DNA of 64,000 nt. Source: Octopus sinensis (Eukaryota). The position numbers and the translations under genes were made by a program. Where the stretch lies: contig NC_043004.1 of the NCBI RefSeq assembly GCF_006345805.1, forward strand, positions 28,706,001-28,770,000, written 5' to 3'. Numbering within the stretch: position 1 is the first letter of the stretch; each line of letters opens with the position of its first letter. Of the stretch, positions 52,749-64,000 are shown one piece after another. The notes below the pieces were generated by a model. That model saw only the letters and a list, made by a program, of their open reading frames with translations. It was not told where the DNA came from and did not search any database.

Positions 52749-53251
52749 TGTGTGAGGGAGAGGGAGAGAGACTATTGCAAACAAAGAATGAGATAAAAAT
52801 GGAATGAAAAAATCGTATATATAAAAGCACGTTAAAAACTATCTCGTCCCGAATCTGTAAATTTGTGAACTTCGTAAATATTTCTTTCGGTAATTTATCC
52901 TAGTTGTTTACAAATAGCGAACATTAAAATAGAGAGTAAGCGACTCTGCCGTTTATACGTCAATACCGAAAGTTGACATTGAGATTGAGAAACCCTTTTA
53001 AAGAGGGGACTCATAAATATAAAGCAATATTTTTTTTTATTTAATAATAGATTCAAATGAAGACCCTATTATATGTTCGAGATCAAATTATTCATATATC
53101 ACAAGTATGGAAGTAATTGGTAAAGCTGTTTTCACGTGAAAGCGAATACACACATACATCTCTATTACACGCACACATATATATATATATACATACAACA
53201 TACATACATACATACATATATATAAATATATATATATATATACATACATAC

Positions 53252-53305
<54 letters not shown>

Positions 53306-53309
53306 CGAG

Positions 53310-54392
53310 ACGGGTGTGTAAACAACAAACAGATGTATTAGTTTAACACTCGGGGAGTGAGAAAATCTTTTACGTTTCGAGCCGACGCTCTTCGACAGAA
53401 AGGAACACAGAAATAAACACGGAGAGAAAATAGAAAAAGGTTTAGTGGCTAGCGACCTATCATGGCGAATGCCGGAAGAGGGGTCACATAGGAGGGCTAG
53501 GAAGAAGGGGAGATACTAAAGTAGTGATCATCCCAAAACCGAGGTGCGCGTGCGTGTGTACGTGAGAGGGTGTATGTGCGTGTGAAAGGGGGCTGGTGAC
53601 CTTGACGTGTGCATGTACGCATGTGTAGGTGCGTGGATGATGGTGTAGGTGCTGGGAAGTGGTCAGTGCTAGTGTGTGCGGGGCGGTATGGTGGTGTGTG
53701 GTGTGGTGATGTGGTGTGGTGATGTTTGGGTGTGGGGAGGTGAGAGTGGGGGAAGTAAGGGTGGGGTGCAATTGGTTGGGGTGGGATGGGATGTATAGGG
53801 ATGGTGGGGTTGGAATGTGTAGAGTTGGGATAACGATGGAGGGGTGACGATGAAGAGAGTGGAAGAGAGAAGGTGGGTAGGAGTGAAGAGAGGAAGTAGG
53901 TGCCAGAGCAAGAGAAGAGAGGTGGGTGGGAAGAAGTAGGTGTGAGAGGAAGAGAGGAGAGAGGGGAGGAGAGTTGAGCCCATGTGACGCAAACGAGCGA
54001 AGAGAGAAGATTAATCTCTGCTCACGGTGAAAACGGGAGTCCGGACGGCTCCTGCGCAAGGACAATCCGAACACAGACAGGTGTTGTAAAGAGTGAACGA
54101 TAGAGCGAAAATGGCGCGAGACCGGGATGTTGTTGCCGAGTCGGATATCTAAGAGGTGTTCCGCGAACCGGTCAGCCAAGCGGCGTCCCGTTTGACCGAT
54201 GTATAGAGAAGGACAGAGAGAGCCGGATATGCAGTAGATGACGTTGCTAGAAGTGCAGGTGAAGGAGTCAGTGATATTATAGGGTCGATGATGGGTGCCT
54301 GTGAGGAGGGTGGTATTGGAGAGGTAAGGGCAAGTGCAGCAGCGTGGGCGGAAACGGGAACGAGCCGGTTTAGGACGTGGGGTTATTTGCAT
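53310..54392 (-). mobile_element. 5'-truncated Penelope-like element (Neptune-type GIY-YIG)
   Basis: CCTCPY..CTSSNVIYCISGSLCPSLYIGQTGRRLADRFAEH..REQRLIFSL, then 3' terminal repeat with HHR, ending in (TA)n. Confidence 0.92.
53367..53402 (-). ncRNA. Minimal HHR with CUGUCGA (A6U) core
   Basis: CTTT-CTGTCGA-A-GAGC-GTCG-GCTC-GAAA-C-GTA-AAAG; 35/36 nt identical to 17703-17738. Confidence 0.72.
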
Positions 54393-54395
54393 ATA

Positions 54396-54810
54396 TACAG
54401 GATGCGTAAGATATCTGAGGACAGGTTAATGTTTATAAAAAACATATATATAATAACAGATGATAATTCTATTTATCAAAAAATGCTATGAGGATAAAAA
54501 TAAACCTTCTTTTCTATAATGTTGTTCAATAAAGCCACCTTCACCTTCAACAACTGCTTCTATATGAGATCTAAATCATCTACATGCTCGAATCAAGTGG
54601 TCCTGATTCATTTTAGACATTACTCTGACTATGGCAGCTTTCAAAGAATCTTTGGTGTTATGAGCGTGTTCATTCACCTCTCTCCCAACAACGTCCCACA
54701 TTAGTCCAATAAATTGAGATCTGAAGAATTAGGAGGCGAAATGTTAGGGGTTATGTGATCATGAACATTTTCAGCCATCCATTCCTGTGTTACTAGAGCC
54801 ATGTATGATA
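54396..54810 (-). mobile_element. 3' part of a maT-like transposon
   Basis: QEWMAENVHDHITPNISPPNSSDLN..NTKDSLKAAI..IEAVVEGEGGFIE; TIR-like CGCATCCTG|TA. Confidence 0.8.
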
Positions 54811-54811
54811 G

Positions 54812-54878
54812 TGGGAATCGAAACCGCGATCCTACGACCGCGAGTTCGCTGCCCTAACCACTGGGCCATTGCGCCTCC
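54812..54878 (-). mobile_element. SINE family C head only
   Basis: GGAGGCGCAATGGCCCAGTGGTTAGGGCAGCG..TTTCGATTCCC. Confidence 0.9.
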
Positions 54879-54888
54879 ATATATATAT

Positions 54889-55914
54889 AAAGATTGTCAA
54901 AATTAACATGTCGAAGTTTGGTATATATATATATATATATATATAAAACGGGGGGGTGCACGTAACGCCGCAATAATATAAGAATGAATGTTTTTATATA
55001 TAATGAACGTGAAATACAGAAGGGACGAACACGGAACACAGACAAATCATTCGAAGCCTTCAATCTTCAGTCAGACACCGAATCATCATAGCAAATTTCG
55101 GCTGTTCAATTCTGATATTTGCTCCAACTCGGCCAGCCCCAAGAAAAAAACTAAGCTGTAAGCATTAGATTTCTTGGTAGAAGACAGGAATGTGAACGCA
55201 CAAGACGGATGTGAATACAAGAGACGAAAACGAAATTGAAAACAGTAATGAAAAACAAAACATATATAACGATGGTTGTCATACGATTAGACCAAATGAG
55301 ACAAAACAACAACAACAACATAGCAGCTGGCGTAGAAATATTACCGTTTCGGTAGCGGGGACACATGTTGGTCGAGATACGAAGCCAACAGAATGGTTGA
55401 AGAAGCAGCAGTCGCAGGAGAGAGAGAAAGAGAGACAGAGAGAGAGGGAATCAAGAGGGTGGAAGGCAGGGGACAGAATCAGTGACCAAGAGAGAAGAAA
55501 GAAGGGATTAAGGAGGATGGGAGGAGAGAGAGGGGAAGAATCGGAGGGCGTCGTATGACAACCATCGTTATATATGTTTTGTTTTTTCATTACTGTTTTC
55601 AATTTCGTTTTCGTCTCTTGTATTCACATCCGTCTTGTGCGTTCACATTCCTGTCTTCTACCAAGAAATCTAATGCTTACAGCTTAGTTTTTTTTCTTGG
55701 GGCTGGCCGAGTTGGAGCAAATATCAGAATGAACAGCCGAATTTGCTATGATGATTCGGGGTCTGACTGAAGATTGAAGGCTTCGAATGATTTGTCTGTG
55801 TTCCGTGTTCGTCCTTCCTGTATTTCACGTTCATTTATATAAAAACATTCATTCTTATATATATATATATATATATATATACCAAACTTCTACATGTTAC
55901 TTTGGACAATCTTT
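54889..55914. mobile_element. About 1-kb foldback, probably a PLE with inverted terminal repeats
   Basis: Arms 54976-55286 / 55551-55860 near-identical, 264-bp spacer; outer arms 54889-54922 / 55881-55914 with 3 mismatches in 34. Confidence 0.8.
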
Positions 55915-55985
55915 TTCCAAAGAGTGAAACCGGTAAAGTAAATAAATATCTTTTAAAATTGTATTTTCAACCTTCTTTCGTATAT

Positions 55986-56038
<53 letters not shown>

Positions 56039-56153
56039 TATATATATATATAAATATTTATATATATATATAAATATTTATATATATATATAAATATTTA
56101 TATTATATATAAATATTAATATATATATAAATATTTATATATATAATATATAT

Positions 56154-56224
<71 letters not shown>

Positions 56225-56890
56225 ATGTTACATTACTCGGTAGTCAAGATAAAACTCTGAGTTTCAGATGCCGAAGTGGAAATCCACAACACCATCTCTT
56301 CGGTTATCTGGCTATTTGAAAACGTTATGAAAAAATACCGTTAAAAATGAAGGGAAATTACTCTGTTATAACTCTGCTTTGCCTGCGTACTTATACATCG
56401 CTCGCATTTTTCGTCATAAAAATTATATAAAAATACATAAAAATATATAAAAATATATAAAATCTTCTTGGGACATAACACAGAAAGCATGTTCTATCCG
56501 TTTTCTTTAGGGGACCAAAAACGTAACAGAAATTTAGTCACATGTGGGCATGATCCAAAAAGCTCTGTCCTTGTATTTAGACATGTGGTAGGGTCTAAGC
56601 TGCTTTTCCAGATAAGCCATCTCTCCATATCGCATAAACCGCACCTTCCGCTGCCGTTAGTATAGGGCTTACATCTGGCCAAAATCTTCCATTGTATGTT
56701 ATAATCGACACCTTTATCTCTTAAAGACCAAATATGATTGGATAATTGTGTCGCTTTTCTTTTGTTCCAGTGCCTAAAGCTCAAAGTGTGGTTATTGAAC
56801 CTGGCCTTGTAATGTAACATATTGTATAGATAAATTTCCTCTATTTACATAATATTGATGTCTCTTTCTTTCTTTTGTTATCTTACCGTT
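56225..56890 (-). mobile_element. 5'-truncated PLE (GIY-YIG C-terminus plus terminal repeat with HHR at 56248-56308) inside (TA)n
   Basis: YKARFNNHTLSFRH..TQLSNHIWSLRDKGVDYNIQWKIL..RCGLCDMER..LNTRTELFGSCPH. Confidence 0.92.
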
Positions 56891-56904
56891 TTATCAATAT
56901 ATAT

Positions 56905-56952
<48 letters not shown>

Positions 56953-57050
56953 TTTATATATATATATATATATAAATATTTATATATATATATATATAAA
57001 TATTATATATATATAATATATATATTATATATATATATATATATTATATA

Positions 57051-57160
<110 letters not shown>

Positions 57161-57166
57161 TATATA

Positions 57167-57447
57167 TAATATTATTAGTGAATTGAAGAAATGGAGTTGA
57201 ACGAAGATTGAACAGAATTCCTTTTATTGCATTCTACACATGTTTCAAAAGCCACAATTTTCCAAATTCTGATTAAATAAGGATACCATATTGTGGCTTT
57301 CTCTCCTGAAGAGAAAGCCACAATATGGTGTCCTTATTTAATCAGAATTTGGAAAATTGTGGCTTTTGAAACATGTGTAGAATGCAATAAAAGGAATTCT
57401 GTTCAATCTTCGTTCAACTCCATTTCTTCAATTCACTAATAATATTA
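57167..57447. repeat. Palindrome, 138-bp arms, 5-nt loop, HHR core at centre
   Basis: Centre CTTTCTCT-CCTGA-AGAGAAAG; CTGAAGA at 57306, stem II GAAAGCCACAAT/ATTGTGGCTTTT, GAAAC-ATGT-GTA at 57368-57379. Confidence 0.92.
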
Positions 57448-57583
57448 AAATTCAATTATCCACACCAACGCACGGTTGCAACACCAAAAGGTTTTATCTC
57501 CAACCGTGCTTTCTTCTGCTGTGATTTTTGCTACCAAGGTATCGGTTAAACTTTTGATTAATCTGCAACAAGATTATTCATCT

Positions 57584-57640
<57 letters not shown>

Positions 57641-57648
57641 TTTATATG

Positions 57649-57726
<78 letters not shown>

Positions 57727-59127
57727 TACACTACGATTTCAGAAAAAGTATTTTCAGTGTAAAATATACACAATATAAATGTCAACATATTAATCCACAT
57801 TCTCTATATATTCAATAACGAACCATGTAATTCACACTCTGTAAAATGTATTTCTGTAAAATGTTGCGAGTATGGTATAAAATTTTCGAGGATTCCATTC
57901 CGTTCCACCCCACCCCGTTTTCCGTACTCAAAAATGGGTTTTGCGGCATATTAGGTCACCGAAATAATTCACCGAAAAAGTTTTAAAAATCCAATAATTC
58001 CGAGATAGGGGGAGGTATTGCACTCCTCCCCTTTTGTCCGAACAATAATAAGGGGTTTGTAGCATGTTCAGAGGTCAGGGTACCTGATTCCTGGCAAAAA
58101 ATCCGTTTTTTTTTTTCTTAGTGAAAATCGTGAGGGTGAAAGTATCAACATTAACCGAATCGATTTGGATGGGGAATGTAAATAAAGAAATAAATACATG
58201 CCTACCCGTGACTACGGAAATGCTGTTAAATTAGGAGTAACGAAATTTGAACCTAAAGAAATCTGAACCTATCTATAATAATCAATAATCTCGTAAGTCA
58301 AAAACCTTCTACTTTCGTCTAATAATAACTTTCAATAAATGACAGAAAATGCACAAAGATACTTATCCAGTTTTTCCTAAGAGACGGGTATTTCCAAGGC
58401 AGTGGAAGATTCGGAACTTCTTTTCAAATTATTGTAATACCATGTGCTGCTTGATACGATACACTGTTTGTTTCGTGTATTCGTAAGGGATTTTCCCCCA
58501 TCCCCTCTCTTCTATAAATTATAGTTGGTATTTCTTTAAATGTGTTGTTTCACTCAGGAGTTATTTAGATTGTGATTTTTTCGATTGAAAATCGCAGTTA
58601 TTTTAGAAATTTCGTAAAGTTGACGTGTTATTATTTGCAATGCCCAATGTACGATAGAATGTTTACACTTCGTACATTCGCAAACGATTCTTTCTGTTTA
58701 AGATATTTCAATTTGTATTTCTTCAAATGTATTCTTTATCACTCAGGAAAACATTCAGAGCTTTTTTAAAGTTTTATTTTTATTTTTGCAATAGAAATTG
58801 CAGCCTTTTAGAAATATCTTAGTGATACTCTGAGGCCGCCGGAAGTGTGTGCATGTGTGCGTGTGTGTGTGTGTATGTAGCGAATCTTGCATGCATGAAG
58901 TGGATTCCATCCACTATAGCCAAATTTGAATTAACACTGCTACAGAACTTTTACCACGATGGAACAATGGTTTTTCTCTGACAGCAGTTTTTTACATTTT
59001 CTAGATGCCTTTTAGCTAGGCCGCTATAATGTCTTCACCACTTGACTCTTTCTAACCTCTTCTACTTCACCAAAAGCTAGAATAGATAACAAGACCACCA
59101 ACTAAGTCTATTGCTCTCAATGATATA

Positions 59128-59408
59128 TCTATATAAAAGCAAGCACATCCCAAACAAAAATCAGTCAGTCACCTCGGTCTTGCTGACCAGCCTTGGTCAG
59201 AGAGAGAAATGAAGTTTACTGTCAGACAACACCCAACACTTCTCTCTAGCTCCAATTCTGTTCTCCTACAACAACACTCTATCTGTCTCAGCAATTACTA
59301 ACAATTTGTGTACGCCAAACCAAGCACAAAAAAATTCTCCCACATCTAACCTAACTTTCGCATGCTTTTCGATTTATCAACCTGCCCGTCGAGGCAAGGT
59401 ATTCTAAC
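59128..59408 (+). mobile_element. Possible short non-autonomous Helitron
   Basis: A|TCTATATAAAAGCAAG start; CCTGCC-CGTCGA-GGCAAGG hairpin plus TATTCTAA (CTAG-like). Confidence 0.4.
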
Positions 59409-60099
59409 GTAACGGTAAATAAACATTTCCTAAGACCTTATGCACTTTGTTCTTACACATTTTACGACTTGCCGTTTTAATAACAAACTTGTTTACCCAA
59501 TCAATTTCTCCCGTTACAATTGCTATCGTTACAATTAATTACTATTCAATCAAAATATTAAACCTCTACGACTTATATCATTCTAGAATGAACTGTACTT
59601 TATACGTGCATCCAGGCATTTCATTCTGTGTTTAATAAATAAGTTGACACAAAAGAGTTAGAAAGACAAGGCAATTATTTTGAATATGTAAAAATGGAAT
59701 AAAATATTAACTTTAATGAATAAATGGCACTAGTTATGGAACATGGAAATTTAGGTGACAAATATCTAAAACTTTAGCTAACAGTTTCTTATATAAAACA
59801 AAAAAATGAGCGGTATTTTTTTGACTTTTGCGTGACTCACTTGATTTGACACATACATGCCCATTATTTATTCTTTAATTCTATGTCATGAAGAAGGAAT
59901 ATTAGTATCAGCATTTCTTATTATGACCTATTTTTTATTTGTAAGCATAATTGAACGATATTTTGGCAAATATTCTCATCATTTTTACGAATTTTACAGA
60001 TCAAATTCATCGGTTACATTCTAAAAAGAAAAAAAAAAACACTGTTCGGTCGGTTCTAGTAGCTTATTTATCCACAAGGTTTGCTACTTTATCGCTCAA

Positions 60100-60952
60100 C
60101 ATCGCATATTTCCGAACCCTATATCCCATTTGAAGTTTTCCGGTTACGTGGAATTAAGTAACTTTATTTATGAAGAATTTTCATTTATTCCAAATTGATA
60201 CAAGGTATTTTTCATGCTATCATCTGTTTTCCCCCAAAGGAAGCCCGGTTTTGGCTGTCTTTTATTTTCAGAGAAGTCCGAGAAACCGTTTCGATTTGCA
60301 CATTCTTTTTATTTAAATTTCGCACTTAAGTGTGATATTTCTTAGAAATACCCACTACCTTCTGCTACCTGTCAGTGCACTGGCGTTTGCATCGATCGTT
60401 TACATTTTATCACAGTTACACTTTTGGTCGATAGAATATCGATTTTCTCGAAACACGCTCTGTCCACATGTGCTTATAGATGTGAATGCTCATTCATAAA
60501 AGTCCGCATCCATGTGCCATTTGGTGCTTACAATACCGTTGCAAATAATTGTGCGCTTTAGCGTTGTGGGAATGTTTTGTGTTGAAATACTATATTTAAA
60601 GCTTGCTAACAGCTACAAAGTAAATTTAATTGATTTTTGAAAGATTCATTCAGTTACAGATTTTCGATAGTATGCCTCGGAAAAACAAGAGTCACACAAA
60701 AAATGCTTCCGTTTTGCGTTCCTTGCGGGCAAGCGAGACAGAACAATGGGTGCTTCGACGCGCTCGCCATGCTGCTTCTACTTCGATCACCAGAGCATCG
60801 TAGACAGCCCAACAAGAAGAACTCCGGTGTACTCGCAATGCTGCTTCTACTGCAGTCGCCAGCGCACCACGCAGAAGCATAATTACACTATTTTTTACAC
60901 TCCAGTCCTTTCACGAACTTACACCGTCCAATGGACGGGGGACATTTGCTAG
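60100..60952 (+). mobile_element. Helitron derivative with RepHel-like N-terminal repeats fused to a 3' terminus
   Basis: MPRKNKSH..LRASETEQW..RARHAASTSITRAS*TAQQEELR..RNAASTAVA; CCGTCC-AAT-GGACGG hairpin plus CTAG|T; 5' boundary uncertain. Confidence 0.65.
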
Positions 60953-61457
60953 TCTTTATATAAGTTAATATTTAAGTGTTGGGTACATTCACTGCCTATG
61001 GCTACCTGGCGTTATCCATTGTAATTACACAATTGTCGCTGTCAGGAATTCCTCGGTAGACGTTGAGTATAAAACAAATGATAGAGATGGGAAATGGAAT
61101 TCTGAAGAAACTTTATAGTTCAGGATGATCGTTTATACACATCCTGCATCGCGAGTGGTACACTATGCGAGTAGCTGTGGTGCACCGATCAGTGCTGAAG
61201 TGTCTTGTCAGGTGATGTAATAAGAAGAACGTCTTAAACCTATGGTTACTAACAACATGATATATTAAATCCAAGTGAAACAGAGTTTATTTAACAAGAT
61301 ACATCTCATTACATCACCTGAGACACATCTGACCTGAAGGATGCACCACAACTAGTTGTGTAGTTTCCCACCCACAAGAGATCAATGCAAGATGTGTTGA
61401 AACGACTGTTGTGAGTAATAAAGTTTCCCATGTATTCCATTTTCTGTCTATCGTTTC

Positions 61458-61512
<55 letters not shown>

Positions 61513-61515
<3 letters not shown>

Positions 61516-63305
61516 TCATCATCATTTAGCGTCCGCTTTCCATGCTAGCATGGGTTGGACGGTTCAACTGGGGTCTGTGAAGTCAGAAGGCTGCATCAGG
61601 CCCAGTCTGATCTGGCAGTGTTTCTATGGCTGGATGCCCTTCCTAACGCCAACCACTCCGTGAGTGTAGTGGGTGCTTTTTACGTGCCACCCGGAGCTGG
61701 CAAACGGCCACGGACGGATGGTGCTTTTTACGTGCCACCGGCACAGGGGTCAGGCGAGGCTGGCAACGGCCACGATCGGATGGTGCTTTTTACGTGCCAC
61801 CGGCACGGGGGCCAGGCGAGGCTGGCAACGGCCACGAACGGATGGTGCTACGTGCCACCAGCACGGGAGCCAGGCGGGGCTGGCAACGGCCACGAACGGA
61901 TGGTGCTTTTTACGAGCCACCGGCACGGAAAAAGCACGGGGCGGCGCTGGCAACAGCCACGATCGGGTGGTTCGCTTACTTGTCACCAGCACTGGTATCA
62001 CAGCTGCAATTTCCATTGATGTTGATCAACTTCGATTTTGGTTCTGCTTTCTGATATCTGATTTGATTTGGTTTGATTTTGATTTTGATTTTCACTTGCC
62101 TCAAAGAGTCTTCACAAGTGGAGTTTTGTGTCCCAAGAAGGAAAGGTATGTATAAGTCGACTGGCTACATACCAAGCAGAGGCCACGGGTTATGGTCTCA
62201 CTAGTCTTCTCACGCACAGCATACTTCCAGAGGTCTCGGTCTCTAGTCATTTCCTTGGTGAGACCTAAAGTTCGAAGGTCGTGCTTCACCACCTCGTCCC
62301 AGGTTTTCCTGGGTCTACCTCTTCCACAGGTTCCCTCAGCTTCTAGGGTGTGGCACTTTTGCACGCAACTATCTTCAGCCATTCTCGTCACATGACCATA
62401 CCAGCGCAAACGTCTCTCTTGCACACCACAACTGATGCTTCTTAGGTCCAACTTTTCTCTCAAGGTACTTACACTCTGTCGATTATGAACACTGACATTA
62501 CACATCCATCGGAGCATACTGGCTTCATTTCTTGCGAGCTTACGCATATCCTCAGCAGTCACAGCCCCTGTTTCACTACCATGTAGCATGGCTGTACGTA
62601 CACATGCATCATACAGTCTGCCTTTTACTCTGAGCGAGAGGCCTTTTGTCACCAGCAGGGGTAAGAGCTCTCTAAACTTTGCCCAGGCTATTCTTACTCT
62701 AGCAGTTACACTTTCAGCACACCCACCCCCGCTACTGACTTGGTCACCTAGGTAGCGGAAGCTATCCACTACTTGTTTTTCTCCCTGGAACGTGGTAGAA
62801 GTTGGTCTCTGCACATTTTCAGCGTTTATTGCTCCTGAGCATCTGCCAGACAAAATCTATTTTCCTAGTTAGCCTTCCTTTGACATTGCTACACCTCTTA
62901 TGTGTCCATAGCTTACACTTGGTGCACCTTGTAGAGTTTCTACCTACGCCTTTTTTACAGATCGAGCAGGACCATCTACCTGAAGGCGTTTGTGATTGGT
63001 CTAGATTCCTACTTATTAGGACTTTGGTTTTGGCTAGGTTGATTCTAAGGCCCTTCGATTCTAAACCTTGCTTCCACACCTGAAACTTCTCCTCCAGTTC
63101 TGATAGTGACTCAGCAATTAGAGCAAGGTCATCAGCATAGAGGAGCTCCCAGAGGCATCCTGTCTTGAATTCCTCCATTATTGCCTGGAGGACTATGATA
63201 AATAGGAGGGGACTGAGGACTGAACCTTGGTGGACCCCAACCTCTACCTGGAATTCTTCACTGTACTCGTTGCCAACCCTCACCTTACTAGCAGCGTCTC
63301 TGTAC
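61513..63305 (-). mobile_element. 5'-truncated RTE-clade LINE (RT + C-terminus + 3'UTR)
   Basis: VGVHQGSVLSPLLFIIV..ELLYADDL; YDACVRTAMLHGSET, RLRWYGHV, GRGRPRKTW; one frameshift near 62830; (TGA)n tail. Confidence 0.95.
61671..61990. repeat. About 50-60-bp GC-rich minisatellite within the RTE 3'UTR
   Basis: GGTGCTTTTTACGTGCCACC..GGCAACGGCCACGA units, 5 plus a degenerate sixth. Confidence 0.9.
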
Positions 63306-63541
63306 AATGAAAATTGCCCTGGCTGGTTGCCATTTTGCCACTGACAATGACGTCATAGACACTGTAGGAAGTTCCTTAGAGTCTCAAACAAAAGAGTTTC
63401 TCTATGTCAGGATAATGGTGCTTCAGCACCACTGGAGAAAGTGTTCAGCCATCAAAGGGGACTATGTTGAAAAATAAATCATCAGAAGTCTTGTACTATG
63501 TTTTGTTTTTTTGAGGCTCAAGACTTTTCAGACACTCCTCG
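63305..63541 (+). mobile_element. Mariner 3' end with right TIR
   Basis: MKIALAGCHFATDNDVID..HWRKCSAIKGDYVEK*; GGCTCAAGACTTTTCAGACACTCCTCG|TA. Confidence 0.88.
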
Positions 63542-63779
63542 TATATATATATATATATATATATACATCTATCTTTTAAATTTGTTTAAAGGAAACGCTT
63601 TGAATATGCAAATAAAGCACCTGTTCCATTACGCCAGCCACAGTCTAATGATGCCGACTGATGAACCAGCTTTTTGAGGTTCCACCAAGCTGTACCAATA
63701 TAATTTATCCATTCTGAAGTTTGTCCATCACCATTTTACATTATTCACAAAAGAATCTCACCTTTTGTTGTATGCCCCT

Positions 63780-64000
63780 CTGTCCTCACCGTTTTGAGTC
63801 TCCTGAAATCAGCTTTTACCTCCTCTTCTCAGGTCTTCCTTCTACTTATCTTCATCATGATCTGTCTATTCATCGTTTATACTTTGTTGTTTTCTCAGCT
63901 CATTTGCTCATTTGTACTTGTTCATGCACAGTAACATTATATACTTCACTTCTTTCTATCCTTTTTATATCATCTGCATTCAATGTCCATGTTCCATTCT
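63780..64000 (-). mobile_element. Old RTE C-terminal fragment
   Basis: GTWTLNADDIKRIERSE..ANELR resembles ETGAVTAEDMRKLARNE of 62101-62853. Confidence 0.6.

Noticed and set aside
53484-53900. Pro/His/Thr-rich C-terminal extension of the GIY-YIG ORF
   Set aside because: Read-through of the low-complexity pyrimidine/CA-rich PLE 3' region rather than a real domain
57840-58240. Possible Helentron/MITE-like repeat
   Set aside because: Looks repeat-like, but no termini or second copy could be demonstrated in the window

Overview
AT-rich, microsatellite-saturated eukaryotic DNA, inferred to be coleoid cephalopod (Octopus-like) from its SINE families and (TA)n/(CA)n/(GATA)n/(AAT)n load. No host protein-coding gene could be confidently identified, and almost all supplied ORFs are microsatellite artefacts. 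The window is a transposon graveyard: four tRNA-derived SINE families; LINEs of the RTE, L1/Tx1, CR1 and RLE (R4/Dong-like) groups; GIY-YIG Penelope-like elements (PLEs); Tc1, mariner and DD37D (maT) transposons; Helitron helicase remnants and non-autonomous Helitrons; and one 100-N gap. The most notable unannotated structure is a set of about 10 hammerhead-ribozyme (HHR) motifs from several families. They include a complete-looking type I HHR (47024-47097, minus strand) and two copies of an otherwise intact minimal HHR with a non-canonical CUGUCGA (A6U) core. Several long palindromes/foldbacks are also present, one with its centre exactly at an HHR core. All calls are by eye and many boundaries are approximate.
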